Source: Felis catus (taxonomy: Eukaryota). From it: 64,000 bases of DNA. This document shows positions 1-13,782 of this stretch, in pieces. Every line of letters begins with the position of its first letter. Positions within the stretch are counted from its first letter, which is position 1. The notes below the pieces were generated by a model, which had not been told where the DNA came from, did no database searches, and worked only from the letters and a program-made list of their open reading frames with translations. Both the position numbers and the translations under genes were made by a program. The stretch lies in contig NC_058368.1 of NCBI RefSeq assembly GCF_018350175.1, positions 128,838,001-128,902,000 on the forward strand, in the 5' to 3' direction.

Positions 1-759
1 AGGAAGCATGTGTCTTTCAGATCCCATCCCCTCCAGCTCACGGGTGAGACCCCACATATGTTATCTTTCCAGTCCCCACTAAGTGCCAAGTAGGTTTCCA
101 CTCCGCGGGCCAGAGAAGCTCCAGGGAAGGAGGAGGGAGGTACCGGGTTCCCACCTCATGCAGACGCTATCTGGCTGTACCCGCATGAAGCCTTCGAAGC
201 CTCTGTGGGACTTGTCATTGCAACAGTGACTGGCATAAACACTGGAGCTGAGAAGATGTAAAGGAGTCACAAGCTTCCTGACACCACATTTATCAAGTAC
301 CTGTCATTGTATTTTCTGATTTCTCTGCTTCACATCCTAATGTTGACACTCCCCGTGGCTGTATACTGGAGCTGCTGGTTTTTAAAAGTCCAGCCATTTC
401 CTAGGTGACCTTATTCATCCCCGTAAATGTAAATATCATCTATTTGACTTCCAAATCGAGACCTAGAACTCCAGACTGGTGTGTTTAATTGTTTGCTTGT
501 CTCATTCCATCTCATCATTTAGGCAATTATTCTAACGTTAATATCCTTCTAATCATAATGCATATCAAGAAATAGACTCTGAAGACTTACCATGTGCTTC
601 TGTAACCCTGTCACTCCCCTGTACTTACCTCTAGAAGTAACCACTCTACAGACTATATTTATAGTAACCAGTATTTATGATGTTATCACCTAGGTGTCCA
701 TCTTTAGACTCTAGTTTATGCTTGTCTGAAATTTTTTTTAGTTTTTAAATCACTTTTAT

Positions 760-1530
760 AGGATTTATTATTTAGAGCCATTTTAGATGCACAACAAAGT
801 GGAGTAGAAAGTACAGAGTTCCCATATACCTTCTGGTCCCCAACATGCACAGACTCTCCCACCATCAGCATCCCCCACCAGAGTGGTACATTTGGTACAA
901 TCACTGAACCTACCACATTGATACATTATAATGACCCAAAGCCCATAGTTTATATTAGGGCTTGCTCTTGGCGTTATACATTCTACGGGTTGGCAAAAGC
1001 ATATAATGACAAACATACAGCATTATGGTCTTATACAGAACAGTTTCACTTCCCTAAAAGCCCTCTGGGTTCCACCTATTTATCTCCCTCCTGGCAACCA
1101 CTGATTTTTGATTTTTGATTTTTGATTTTTGATTTTTGATTTTTTTCTGCTTTCCTGGGTGGACCCAAATACCACTGAGTTGTTTGTTTGTTTGTTTGTT
1201 TGTTAGTTTGTTTGTTTCTGGCTCCATAGTTTGGCCTTTCCTCGATTATCGTATTGTTAGAATCATAGACTTACAATCTACGTGGAATTGATGTGTTCAT
1301 GATGTAAGGTAGAAGTCAAGATTCACTTTTTGTCTGTGTGGCTATCCGGTTGATCCAGCCTTTGCAGACTGGCTTCTTTCACCTGGTAATATCCACTTAA
1401 GTTTCATTCATGTCTTTTCATGGCTTGATAGCTCATTTGTTTCTAGTGGTAAGTAATATTCCATTGTCTAGATGTACCACAGTTTATTCATTCCCCCATC
1501 GAAGGACATCTTGGTTGCTTCCAAGCTTTT
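760..1530 (-). mobile_element. Old L1 (L1MB/L1MC-type) 3' end fragment, interrupted by simple repeats
   Basis: Typical antisense L1M 3' sequence: agtacagagttcccatatacc, ccaccagagtggtacatttg, gaaggacatcttggttgcttcca. Confidence 0.8.
1102..1218. repeat. (GATTTT)n and (GTTT)n microsatellites
   Basis: Directly visible tandem units at about 1102-1146 and 1178-1218. Confidence 0.9.
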
Positions 1531-2414
1531 CGCATGAATATATTGATATGTTTTTGCATTTCCTCACAATTTAAAGGACCTGGGCAATTTTGACCTGTAG
1601 TGTTTTTAGCAGTCTAGATTTTCTTCATGCCATTTATCATGTTCTTTTTCTATTGTATTTCTAGTAAATTGGGTCCAGACACTTGACCAAACTCAGGTTA
1701 GATCCCTTTAGTAAGATTGCATGTGGTTTTCTCGTCTCTCTTTTGTAATGTTGTCATTGTCTAGATATTTCAATACATAGGGTTACAAATTGGTGATATT
1801 CTACTTCAGCCATTTTCATTTTACTCTCCAGAATTATTTTTTAAAGAGATGCTTCTTTTTATGTACTATTTGGTAACTCAGTAGTACAGTTTACATAGGA
1901 AAGGCAAGGTAAATGATTTTCCTTAATTTATCAGTTTTCAAGATAATGAATTGGTTCCCTGTCATCCTCTAGAGGAGAAAATTTTTCTAAACATTATAAG
2001 CAAATGAATTTATATGTTTGATAGGTTTTAATCCACTCAAATTCTTATACTTATTGAAGCTCAAAATGTCCCATTGTTGGCAGTAGGAGCCTCTTTAAGT
2101 TGTATCCTGAGTCCTTTAGACGTGACCCTAGTGATTTGTTAGCTTTCTTACTTTGGTATGACAGGATGTGCCAGGTTCATCTTAAACATTTCTTGCCCCA
2201 GATTTGGTAAAGTGTTCTGATCACCCATTTCCAATGTGAGTGGGGGGTGGGTTTCCCCACACGAACAAGTGGGCCTCTGAACACCAGATGGGTGTCCTAT
2301 GATTCACCTCAACTGTGACACTATCTGCCCAGCGATGGCATCAGATTCCACTGACTAAGGGTTCAGTCCCACAAGACTGCTCCGCCCCCTTCGATGCCAA
2401 TTGCAAGACCAGCT

Positions 2415-2522
2415 TCTTTTTTTTATTAAAAAAAAATTTTTTTTTAATGTTTATTTATTATTGAGAGACAGCATGAGCATGGGAGGGGCAGAGAGAGGAG
2501 GAGACACAGAATACAAAGCAGG
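2415..2522 (-). mobile_element. Can-SINE 3' fragment
   Basis: Poly-T, aatgtttatttatt, ggggcagagagagga tail sequence. Confidence 0.8.
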
Positions 2523-3005
2523 GCAAGCCCATCTTCTGATCAACTGGCCATAAACCAGAGGTTCCCATGACCACTTGCATGGGTTCATTTAGTTTGCAAG
2601 AGTAGCTCACAGAACTCAGGAAATGCATTTGCTACCAGATTTCTGATTTATTAGTACAGATGCTGAAGCATACAAATCAACAGCTAAGTGGAGAGATACA
2701 TTGGACAGGGTATGAGGAAAGAGTGGGGAACGTCCATGGTCTTTGCGAGCACACCTCTCTCACATGTTCGTTCACAAACCCAGAAGTTCTCCAAACTTTG
2801 TCCTTTTGGATTTTTATGAAGGCTTCATTGTATAGGCTTGGATGATTAAATTACTGGCCATTGGCAATCAGCCCAACCTCCAGCCTTTCTCCCCTCTCTA
2901 GAAGTAGAGGGATAAGACTAAAAGTTACTTCATTAACATAATAAAAGTCACCTTTATCTCTTACCACTTAGGAAATTCCAAGGGTTTTGGAAGCTCTGTG
3001 CTAGA

Positions 3006-3679
3006 TGGAAATGCAAGCTGGTGCAGCCACTCTGGAAAACAGTAGGGAGGTTCCTCTAAAACCTAAAAATAGAACTACTCTATGACCCAGCAATTGCTCT
3101 ACTAGGTATTTATCCAAGGGATACAGGTATGCTGTTTTGAAGGGACACATGCACCCCCATATTTATAGCAGCACTATCAACAATAGCCAAAAAAAATAGC
3201 CAAAGTATGGAAAGAGCCCAAACGTCCATCGATGGATGAATGGATAAAGAAGATGTGGTATATATATATACAATGGAGTACTACTCGGCAATCAAAAAGA
3301 ATGAAATCTTGCCATTTGCAACTATGTGGATGGAACTGGAGGGTATTATGCTAAGTGAAGTTAGTCAGAGAAAGACAAATATCACATGACTTCACTCATA
3401 TGAGGACTTTAAGAGACAAAACAGATGAACATAAGGGAAGGGAAACAAAAATAATATAGAAACAGGGAGGGGGACAAAACAGAAGAGACTCATAAATATG
3501 GAGAACAAACTGAGGGTTGCTGGAGGGGTTGTGGGAGGGGGGGTGGGCTAATTGGGTAAGGGGCATTAAGGAATCTACTTCTGAAATCATTGTTGCACTT
3601 ATGTGCTAACTAATTTGGATATAAATTTAAAAAAATAAAACAAGTTAAAAATTTTTTTAAAAACAAAACAAAACAAAAA
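3006..3679 (+). mobile_element. 5'-truncated felid L1 (end of ORF2 plus 3'UTR) with 16-bp target site duplication (TSD)
   Basis: L1 ORF2 C-terminal sequence, G-rich 3'UTR tract, A-rich tail; TSD GAAGCTCTGTGCTAGA at 2990-3005 and 3680-3695. Confidence 0.95.
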
Positions 3680-4162
3680 GAAGCTCTGTGCTAGAAACAG
3701 GGCCAAAAACCAAATATATATTTCTCATTATAAATCACAATATCATATCTCGCATCAGCCATTTTTCCAAAAAGCTCTGGTTTCCTTCAGTAGGAAGTAG
3801 TTTATCAAGACCACAATCTGGGGGATTGGTCAATGTTTCTAGGCTTTTCAGGGGAGCCAGAAAAAATATGTATTTATTTAATAATAAAATCTCTCTTGGG
3901 ATACTGCTTTCATACTGTTATGTTTAATGCATATTCCTGACTGTAGGAGTTTCCCTTACCCTCTTCTGTGTTATATTTGTATCTCCTTTCTTCCACACTA
4001 TGAATTTTACTTCTCAAGGACGTAAGAGATGATGGAATTAGAATATCCCATAACAATTTATTTGTTTTATCCCAACTGCACACACAATAGTCTCAGAGGA
4101 ACAATGCTAATAATACTAATATGACTAACACTAATATTAATATTAGCAATACCAATAAGTAA

Positions 4163-4322
4163 TACTTGTTATTAATACTAATAATATCACTGTTACTACT
4201 AATACTACCAATGATTATGATTACTGAAAGCAGTTAAAATTCTACTTGTTATTAATACTAATAATATCACTGTTACTACTAATACTACCAATGATTATGA
4301 TTACTGAAAGCAGTTAAAATTC
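4163..4322. repeat. Perfect 80-bp tandem duplication
   Basis: 4163-4242 is identical to 4243-4322. Confidence 0.95.
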
Positions 4323-4439
4323 TTTTTTGACATATAGTATCCCCATTTTTTTATGCTTGCACTCTATATTGTCAGAGGATGTAACTGTTACATACTGTTT
4401 AACCTTGGTTTCTGCATGTAATTATATATTTAATGCTGT

Positions 4440-5960
4440 CATTCCTTGTGTAGCTATCTCTGAGTCCTTTCTGTTGCATGAAGCTTACTCTCAGTAGATT
4501 CCTGAAGAAGTGCTCATGGGAATAACATTCCTTGAGTTCTTATGTATCTTTAATAGCTTGTGCCCTTTGTACCTGAAGATAGGTTTTGCTCAATGTATAT
4601 CTTTGGCTCGTATTTTCCCGAGTGTCTTAAATATGTTGCTTCATTTTCTCCTGCCATTAAGCACTGCTGTCAAAGTGTCTAATTGTAATGTAATTTTCTT
4701 TTCCTTTTGGGCTCCATCCCCAAGTAAGTTTTTATTGAAAATCCTTTGAGTTTTAAATGTAGCTTTAAATATTTGGGGTTTTTTGGATTCTTTTTAAGTT
4801 ACACTTTTTAATATTTGTTTTGTTCTTTAAGAACTTCTGTTATTCATATAGTAGATCTTTGATTGTTATTCATATAACAATCTTTGATTGTTTGCAACAT
4901 TTGTCGCCTTCTTTCAAATACTTTTTATCTCGTTCTTTTTGCTTTAAAAAAATCCCCTTTCACTTTCTATTTCCTTCAAGGCATTTTTTTTGTTTTTTCA
5001 TTCTCGTGTTCCTCAATTAGCTTTCATTTCTAAAAGGATTTTCTCCTTTCATTTCTAGTTCTTTCTTGAATTCTGTCTTCTCATTTTCTAATTTTATGGT
5101 ATTCTTTTATTTCTTATTTTCTTAGTGCTTTTTTTTAGATCATTTTGAAATAGCAGATTAAAGTTTATATGTTTTATGTCTTTCTGACATGTTCTTATTG
5201 ACCATAGAGATGTTACTATCTCCTTATTCTGTTTTTAAAAATTATAACTTGGTGTGGGATTTGACTTCAATACTTTCATGTTGCTTATTTTTATGTGAGA
5301 TTAATTTTCCTTGATTGACTGATTGATAGACAGAGAGAATGGGAGAGAGGGGGCAGAGAGGCAGAGAGGCAGAGGGAGAGAAAGAGAACCCCAAGCAGCC
5401 TCCACGTCCAGCATGCTCCTGGCGTGGGGCTCCATATGATGACCCTGGGATCATGACCTGAGCTGAAATCAAGAGTCAGTCGCTCAACTGACTGAGCCAC
5501 CCAGGTGCCCCTTCCTTAACTTTTAGAAGGAAGCTTGATTCATGTAGCTTTCCAGACTTCTCGGAGCTCCCTTTTGTTTTCCTAAATTATTAACAAAATA
5601 TGAGGGCTTGTGTTCTTAAATTTCCTGGTTTTGTTTCTCTCTTCCAATTGCATCTGGACCATCTCTTTCCATGGTTTCTATCATCCGTATCCTCCTCTAT
5701 CAGTTTGATTCCACTATCAGTCATTACACCATGTGGCCCTGGCTTGAGAGGAAACTCTGGCTGATCATTTTTCAAAAGTTCATAGACTGTAACCCCTTCA
5801 GATGCTATTATTGTGCACTTTGCATTCACACCCTGTGGGAGTAGGTAAAATCCTGCCACTTTTAGCTGTGGTCTTCTAGTTGGCCTGCTGTGCTTCCAGT
5901 GAATTCCTGAGGGCAGTTTTGATCGGTTTTTATGTAGGGATTTGGTTTTCACTACCATGC
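4440..5960 (-). mobile_element. Ancient L1M 5'/ORF1-region fragment
   Basis: T-rich degenerate sequence typical of antisense old L1; family not resolvable by eye. Confidence 0.5.
5330..5511 (-). mobile_element. Can-SINE
   Basis: ctcaactgactgagccacccaggtgcccc head in reverse; (GA)-rich tail. Confidence 0.9.
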
Positions 5961-6541
5961 CATCCTCCTATAGCATTCTCAAGAAAGTAGTAATTTTAAG
6001 CAAAAAGTAAGAGATTTAGCCAAATCTCTCTTTGAATCAACTATCTGGTTATTCTATTGGAAATGATAAAACTACTTTGGGTGTAGAAACATGATCAAAT
6101 TTTATTTTTAGAAGAGCAAAACAAAACACATGTCTCCTTTCTTCTAAACCAAACTTCTGTGTCTCTTTTCTTGAAACCTTGTCAAAAATGACATCACAGA
6201 ATGGAATATATTGTTCCTAATTTAACACTTTATGGGTGATTAATGTAAATGTTAGAGAAGTGTTGATATCTTTATAAATCATTGTTTTAAAATATATGTT
6301 TCCATTTAGTGCATTAATATTGTAAGTGAAGTTCAGTTTCTGAGTTCATACACAAGTATTAATGAATAGACACATTTACCTACTGATTAAATATAAACAG
6401 CTTCCCACATTGATGACTGAGCAGAGGAGGGCTTTAGAAAATTATTACTTAAACCTTTACCTGACAGTCTGCTCAACTTCCCATGTGATTTACATCATGA
6501 CTGACTTATCACCAGTGGCTTTAAGACAATATTCACTCACT

Positions 6542-6665
6542 GAGGCGCCTGACTGGCTGAGTCCATTGAGCGTGTGACTCTTGATCTTGGGGTTGTGAGT
6601 TCGAGCCCCATGTTGGGGGTTGGGTTTACTTTAAAATAAATAAGTAATTTTTAAAAATAAATAAA
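6542..6665 (+). mobile_element. Short old Can-SINE
   Basis: ggcgcctgactggctgagtc...gagttcgagcccc, A-rich tail. Confidence 0.85.
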
Positions 6666-6879
6666 GCAACATTCACTCAAAACTAGAGTTTTTAAAGATG
6701 ATTTAATATTCCTTTACAAGTCCCTCTGTCAACTATAGCATCATAATACTATAACAGATTATGTTTCTTGTATTTTTATTGTTGAAGAGACAATATACAA
6801 TAGAATTTATTTTTACTTAGACTTTATTGTTGTAAATCAAAGTATAAAATGTCTTAGAAAAATAATTTAAATGCCATCA

Positions 6880-7050
6880 CAGACTGATGGATGGATAGAT
6901 AGAAAAATGGATAGATGTATGTATACATTATGAAGTAAGTATAGAAAAATGTTATTGGTAGAATCTAGATGACAGGTATAGAGGCATTTACTGTAAAATT
7001 CTTTCAACTTTTCTGTATGCTTGAAAATGTTTATAATAAAATATTCAGGA
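6880..7050 (+). mobile_element. L1ME 3' end
   Basis: ctgtaaaattctttcaacttttctgtatgcttgaaaatgtttataataaaa. Confidence 0.7.
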
Positions 7051-7138
7051 AAATCTCATCCTAAATGTTAAACCTCTGAATGTAAAATGGAAGACACCTT
7101 GGATTTCATTCTGGAATTTCCTTGGTTAAAAGCAAACA

Positions 7139-7590
7139 GGGGCTCCTAGGTGGCTCAGTCAGTTGGGCATCCGACTTAAACTCAGGTCATGATCTCACAG
7201 CTCATGGGTTCAAGCCCCACATCGGGCTTTGTGCTGACAGCTCAGAGCCTGGAGCCTGCTTTGGATTCTGTGTCTCCCTCTCTCTCTGCCCCTCCTCCGC
7301 TCATGCTCTGTCTCTCTGTCTCTCTGTCTCTCTCAAAAATAAACACTAAAAAAAAAGTTTGGGGGCACTTGGGTGGCTCAGTCAGCTAAGCATCTGGCAC
7401 TTGATTTCAGCTCAGGTCATGATCTCATGGATCATGAGTTCAGGCCCCCCACTGGGCTCTGCTCTGAGTATGGAACCTGCTTGGGATTTACTCTCTCCCT
7501 CTTTCTCTCTGCCCTTCCCCTGCTTGTGCTCTCTTTCTCTCCCTCCCTCTCAAATAAACATTAAAATTAAATTAAAAGGAAAAAAAAATA
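7139..7590 (+). mobile_element. Two tandem Can-SINEs (about 7139-7357 and 7361-7590)
   Basis: Two tRNA-like heads, each followed by a (CT)n tract and AATAAA/poly-A. Confidence 0.95.
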
Positions 7591-8359
7591 AACGAAGTTT
7601 GTAAGACCTAGATGAATTATACTTTGGACATTTCTTCTGTATGTATTTAAGCACATTTTAGTAACTTCTATGAAGAATTTCCTTAAAACAAGTTGTATCT
7701 ATTCTTCATGGAATTTCTCTATCCATGGTTTCTGGAAGGTTTCCTTGATACAGGCTTAAGATAAAAATCAAACTAAAAAAAATTTTTGAACCGGGTGCCA
7801 GAAGATGCTAGTGTAGACAGTTCCCTCCCCATGTATTCATGCACATCATAGGGTTTTGTTTTATCACTGTAACAGGAGGGATGTGTTTGGGGCACAGGCT
7901 CAAAAAGATTTTAAAGTGATGATGATATCTTTGCTACCTGCCCATAGCATGAGTTTGGTCCCTTAGAATTAGAGACAGTAAAGGTCAGAAACTAGACCCC
8001 CTGAAACTCTGGGCACCAGCAGAGCTGCTGTGGGGCATACGTGTCCCACTGTGCAGAAAGTGAAAGTGAACAGCACTCTGCCAAGTAGCATGGAAGTCAA
8101 GACAGCTGTGGCATGCTGAAGACTGGCACTTAGAGGAGCATCCAAGACCAGCATCCTTGGCCTAGACATGGTTATTCTCCGAGTGTGAGCCTTCAGCAAA
8201 GACCACAGTGGGTTCATTCAACTAGATTCCTGAGCAGTCACGGTGGGGACATCTGAATGGGAGAGGAAAAGGTGAAACCACCATGCCAGACTGGATAGAA
8301 GACATAGATGAGTCTCCCTTTGGTGGCTCATGGAAACAAATGAGGGATGCTTTGAGTAC

Positions 8360-8700
8360 GTTTATTATTTGGGAATAAGTGCCCTAAGAAGCAGAGCCTG
8401 AGGTGGAAATTCTTATTCAGGTGATTCATTTGAGAACTGTTCTCAGGAGAAGGGCATGACCTAAGGGGAAGACAGTTCCCCAAAAGTGAGGTCTCAGCTG
8501 GAGGTTAGCTTCCATCAGACCTCACACAAAAGCTCTGGAGGGTAGACTGCCTCTCACAACTAATCCCACCTGAGGTTCCTGAGGGCAGTTCTTTGGAGAA
8601 AGAGGAAGCTGTGCCTTATTAACATCTAAACTGGAGTAGTAGGTGCAGTAGTAGTACCGCCTCTCTTAAAGAGAAGTAGGTGGAGCTTCAGCACCGCTTC
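8360..8700. mobile_element. Old MaLR/ERVL-type LTR fragment
   Basis: ccctaagaagcagagcctgagg...gtgattcatttgaga motif. Confidence 0.5.
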
Positions 8701-9616
8701 TGTAGGCCTTTTGCAGGGGGGGGTTCAGAGTTATGATCTGGGTAAAGTGACCCACATTTTCTAGTCACAGGCTTCTGAGGCCAGCCATACTCACCAAATA
8801 GTGGTCTTAGATTAGCTTCGAGAATGTAGACCACAACATGAATAATGTGCTTTTCCTTTTAGGGACTACACCTGCTTATAACATTTGTAAGCTCTATACT
8901 TCCGGCTGAGTAGTTTTTAAAATATGAAAGGAGTAACAATAGTGTACCAAGAAAGTTTGATTCAGAGTTAGCTCTCAGGCAATTCAGTCCTGTTTCTACC
9001 ACTTCTGTGCTTCAGCCAAGTCTTTAAACCTCTCTGGGCTCTTGTTAGATAAGGGGTAATCAACATCTTGCTACAACCTTATTGACGTGTTGCTTATTCT
9101 ATTTATAAGGTAATGGGGAGCCAGTGAAAGTCCTCAAAGAGAGGTCTGTCGGTTTAAAGTATCTTTGAGAAAGGTGAACCCAGTACCTTTGTGTGTACCG
9201 CCTGGAAGAGGGAGAAGCAGAGAGACAGGCTGGCACAGTAATCAGAGTTGAGGTAGTAAAACCTTCCCTGCTTCCTCCCCCAACCGAAGTAGGTTAGAGT
9301 CCCCTGCAGAAGTCTCTCAAAGCGTCTTGCAATTACATGTTCAGTGTTCATTTTATCCACTAAACGTTACTTTGCCTGAGGGCAGGAACCATGCCTGTCT
9401 TACTCGTCATTGCACATCCAGAGCTGGACACAGTGTCCAGCAAATATTTGCTGAATAAATGAGGGGTTTGAATAAAGTAGAGGGATGTAGTTTAATATCA
9501 GTAGATACTGGTCAAGAATAAATGACAAGTCTTAGTACCTGGTGAAGGAGAAGAGTGATAGGTAACTTAAAAGCTTTGAACCCAAGAGGACATTGACAAA
9601 AAAGTTAGAAGGGTAA

Positions 9617-10205
9617 GTATATTAGTCTTCTGTTGCTGTAGAACAAATTACCTATTAGATGCAAATAATCCAATACACCTATTGGATGAGGAGTCTGGGC
9701 ACAGTTTAACTCGGTCCTCTACTTAGTGTCCCACAGGCTGCAATGAAAGTGTGAGCCAGAGCTGATGTTCTCCTCTGGAGCTTGGGTCCTCTTCCAACCT
9801 CATTCAAATTGCTGGTAGAATTCAATTCCTTACAATGATAGGACTGCTCAGTTCCTAGAGGTTGTCTTCTTCCTAAGTAGTTCACAAAGTGGTCATTTGT
9901 TTCTTCAAGGTCAGAAGAAGAGTGTCTTTCTTTCTTCAATTCTCTTCTTTCATGAAGAGGCTGTACCTTCTGTTAAAGGTCTCACCTGTTTGGGTCAGGC
10001 CCACCTAGGATAATTTCCCTTTTGAATAATCCATAGTCAGCTGATTAGTGACCTTAATTACATCTGCACAATTTCCTCATCTTTGCCATATTCTGTTGGC
10101 TAGAAGCAAGTCACAGCCTCTACCCACACTGAATAGGAGGTGATGACCCAAAGGTGTGGATACCAAGGGGTAGGAATCACAGGCAGCCGCTCTGGAATTC
10201 TGCAG
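9617..10205 (-). mobile_element. MLT1 (E/F-like) LTR
   Basis: tattagtcttctgttgctgtagaacaaattacc terminus; ggtcaggcccacctaggataat core. Confidence 0.8.
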
Positions 10206-13200
10206 ACCTCAGTAAGTCAGCTCAGTCCTTGTCATGTTTGAGTGGTAGTGGGAGACAAGTTAGTGATGCAGGAAAGGTCATTTGGACTTGTGTATTGGAC
10301 ACAGTTGATACTATGAGAAGGATTTATTACCCAGAGAGGAAAGCAAAGGGACAAAGACACTCTGGGTTTGGGGAAGATATTTACTATTTGGGTAAGGAAA
10401 AGGACCTAGCAAAGTAGAGAAAGATCAGCAAAATAGAGCAGAAGAACTCATAATGACCTGTCATATATGCAGGAGGGAATTTCCATAGTTGGGGATTTAT
10501 AGAGTTGAATGTCACAGCACTGAAGGGGAACACTGGTAAAACCATTCATTTAACTGTGCAGTGACCTTAGAGAAAACCATTGTGGTGCTGTGCTGGTGGC
10601 AAGGTCCATATTGTAGGGAATTAATGAGGCAGGAGATGGTAAAGTAGTTGGAAGAGGAGTATTGGGTCCTGGCCTCTGAGAACTCCCATGTCAGTCAAGG
10701 GCAGGGCTGGGCCAAGAGTCACTGATTCTAGAAGAGAATAAGCTTTCCCAGAGCCTGTTTAATCTAGCTCTGTGTACACAGCCCTCTGTTAACTTTCATC
10801 CTGGGGTGTGAGGTCACTCCATGGTTTGCACTTAGGCTGTTTTGGGGCTCTTCTGGGGAAGACAAATGAGATTTTTAGTAGAAAACATGAGTAATCTACC
10901 AACTTGGGAGAATCTGGGATAGGGAGCCTTTCTAACTCTCTGAAGAGTTAAAAATAGACTCTTCATCTAGTTCTGTGAGTTGAATTTTTAATGAGTAAAA
11001 ATCCTTGGTTGGTTTCCTTTTGGCCAGGCCTCATTTCTTTCAAGTCAGGAGCCCACTGCCCTAGCTGTTTTGCAGAAGTCAAGTCGAATTCTGAGCAAAT
11101 GAAATAGTAGGAAGCATTAAGCAATTTTTGGACCCACGACAGATATTCTGAGCCTCTTGAAATAACCAGTATTGAAGAGGTGTCTCATTAATAAAATGCA
11201 GTGTTGCCATATAAAAGCTAAATTTAATTCCAGTGTAAGAAATCCGTAAATGAGACAGTTTCTCTTCATGGTGTCTCAGGATTGTGTTCCATTCTGTCGC
11301 CTTTCGCTCAAAAGATCAACCTGAAATCATTTTCTTTTTATTATGAGACTTGTATAGCTAACAAAGACTAACACAAACAGTGTCATTTTGATTGTGTCGA
11401 TATGGCAATAATGTTGTTGGACTTTCTTGTATCTCCTTTTCATTATCAGTTACAAATATTTACTTCCATCACCAAGCTATTCATATAAGTGCTTTCATCC
11501 TTTTTTCCCTTTATCGTTTATTCCATGATAAAAATTCCTGGATATGAATGCTGTTCATAGAAAAATAGGATTAAAATCTACAGCTCTAAGAGTTTATAAT
11601 CATCTCTGCAGCCCATGTGTTCATCTAACATTTTAAATGGATTTTTCCATCATTCTAAACCAATAGGGTAAGTGCTATACACACTGTTGTAAAGTGTATT
11701 TCATGGCTCACTGGGTTTTTCTGTCTTTAACTTTACAATATATGTAATTTGATTAAAATTTTTGGCTGGTCAGGATAAGAAGAAATAGAGGGAAATCGCT
11801 CTTAACGGAATCTCCAGTGTGCCTGGGATTATAATTGAAGCAGAAATGAACATCTTTCTCTGTAGGAAGTTAAAGAAAGGCTTTGTTCCATTTTTACATT
11901 GGAGATCATCTGTTATTGTAACCTAGACACCTAAACCCACTCCAAATTCAAAATGTGCCATTTATAAACATGCATGCCAAGTTTCAAAATGCCCTTTTTA
12001 ATGTTTGCATATAATTTGAAGCTTGCAATGCCAAAGTAAAATGCAGTTTCCATTGTGTTGCATTACCCACACTGCATGTGAGCTGCTTATTTTCTCTGAC
12101 ATTACTTGAATAGATGAAGCATAGTTTGACTTGGTTCAAAAAGAGGAATGTTTCTCGGCTCAACTGAAATGATTGCTAGGTATAAGCTGCCAACTTCATT
12201 TTCCCCCCACAGAAATGTACATTTTTCCCTATTATAAAATGTACTTATAATAGAAATGAGACAGTTCCCAAGAGTGTGGTTATCCAGAGGTAATCTCAAC
12301 CCAATCTGATTAGAGGCAAGTGGCTCATGCCTCAAAATGCTCCAGGGTATGATTATTTTATGATAACCATACTCTGTATCATGTCTTATTGATTAACTAA
12401 TAAAGCATCAGCATTGCTATTTAGAAGAAAAGCTGAGAAACCAGGGGAAGATGTTGGTTCTAGAAGGAAGTGATTCTTTTGAAGGATCCCAGACTACCTC
12501 TTTTGTGCCAACTTTTTACAATTTCGGGTGTAACATGAAAGGTCATCATGTGCCTATTGTCATATCACTTTGGCAATAAGATCATTTATTGGTTAAATCT
12601 AATGCATTGATTTATATTTAAGTATACCCTAAATTGTTGCCTCTCCCTGTTGTGAGAGAAGAATGTGTGAGAGCAGAATGACATTTCTTGGAAGAATGCT
12701 GCATTTTGTTCTCTTCATCCAGATGACTTCATTGGACAGGTCCAGGGAAATATAGATAGAACCTGAAAAATATAGCAACCAGCTTGCCTATGGAAGCCAT
12801 ATGCTGGTAATATCACCTAGCTTTGGAGTGAGAAGAGCATATGACTAGCAGGCAAGTATTTTGCAGCTAGAATAGCTTTTGGACTATCAGTAGGAGTATG
12901 TCCCCATGGCATGTAAGTCCAATATTCAGGTACTCACAATATCCATATCTCTCCCAAAGGCTGTGACTACATGTGTATAAAAAAGGTGGGGCAGGGAATT
13001 AAAGCAATACCTTAGGCGATTCAATTTAGCAACCTGTTTTGTCAGTTACTTAATGTTTTCATTTGTAAATATAAGCTTATGGCCCAAATTACCAAATTAT
13101 TGCCTTACTATTCCATTTTGTCTTACTAGGTAGACACAGCTAATATATTCAAGTTGAAAAATGTTCCACAAGTAATACTGTCCAGCTGTAGTTCTTGGTG

Positions 13201-13782
13201 TTGTATGTTTTTGATCAAATTTAAGTCTCTGAGAAGTATGATCTAGTCCCTTCTGTAATAATTCGTCAAGAACCACAGGGTGTTGGGGTCAAGAAATCTT
13301 TTTTACTCCTCAGTCCATTTCCTTGGCTATACATTATTGATATCATCTAACAAAGATATACATAGGGTTAGCTTAATTTATTCATGCCTGCTTTAAGTAT
13401 CCCACTACTCACAGAGCCAGTAGTATTTTTATCTTCAAAATCCAAATCTGCTAGAATGGAATTTCTAATTTCCCAAAGAACATTTTACCAGAATCTCTAT
13501 CTTTAAGATCTAGGTTTATTAGTATTTGTCACAGGAACCATCTAAACCATTTACATTAGGACCTTAAAACTGATCAAACTGATTACTTAGCACACATCAT
13601 TCTATATTAATCCGATGCTGTTCCACCCCCTTTTTAAAACCGGACTTTACTGCTCATCTCTTTCTTTCTCCTATGATAGCACCTTTTTTTCCCATCAGAC
13701 CTTTTGTGTTGTTTGTTTGTTTCTTTCGGCTGAATAGACACACTCCTTATAAATTATCTTTGACAGTCTTGCACAGTAAAAT

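Larger units (their letters stand above)
2213..3747 (-). mobile_element. MER21-like solo LTR containing nested SINE and L1 insertions
   Basis: gggtgtcctatgattc...cagtcccacaagactgc core; terminus ccaaatatatatttctcattataaatcacaatatca. Confidence 0.75.
1560..4110 (-). mobile_element. L1MC4-like 3' fragment split by an LTR (pieces about 1560-2205 and 3750-4110)
   Basis: ttcttgccccaga before the LTR resumes as atcagccatttttccaaaaagctctggtttcc after it. Confidence 0.6.
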
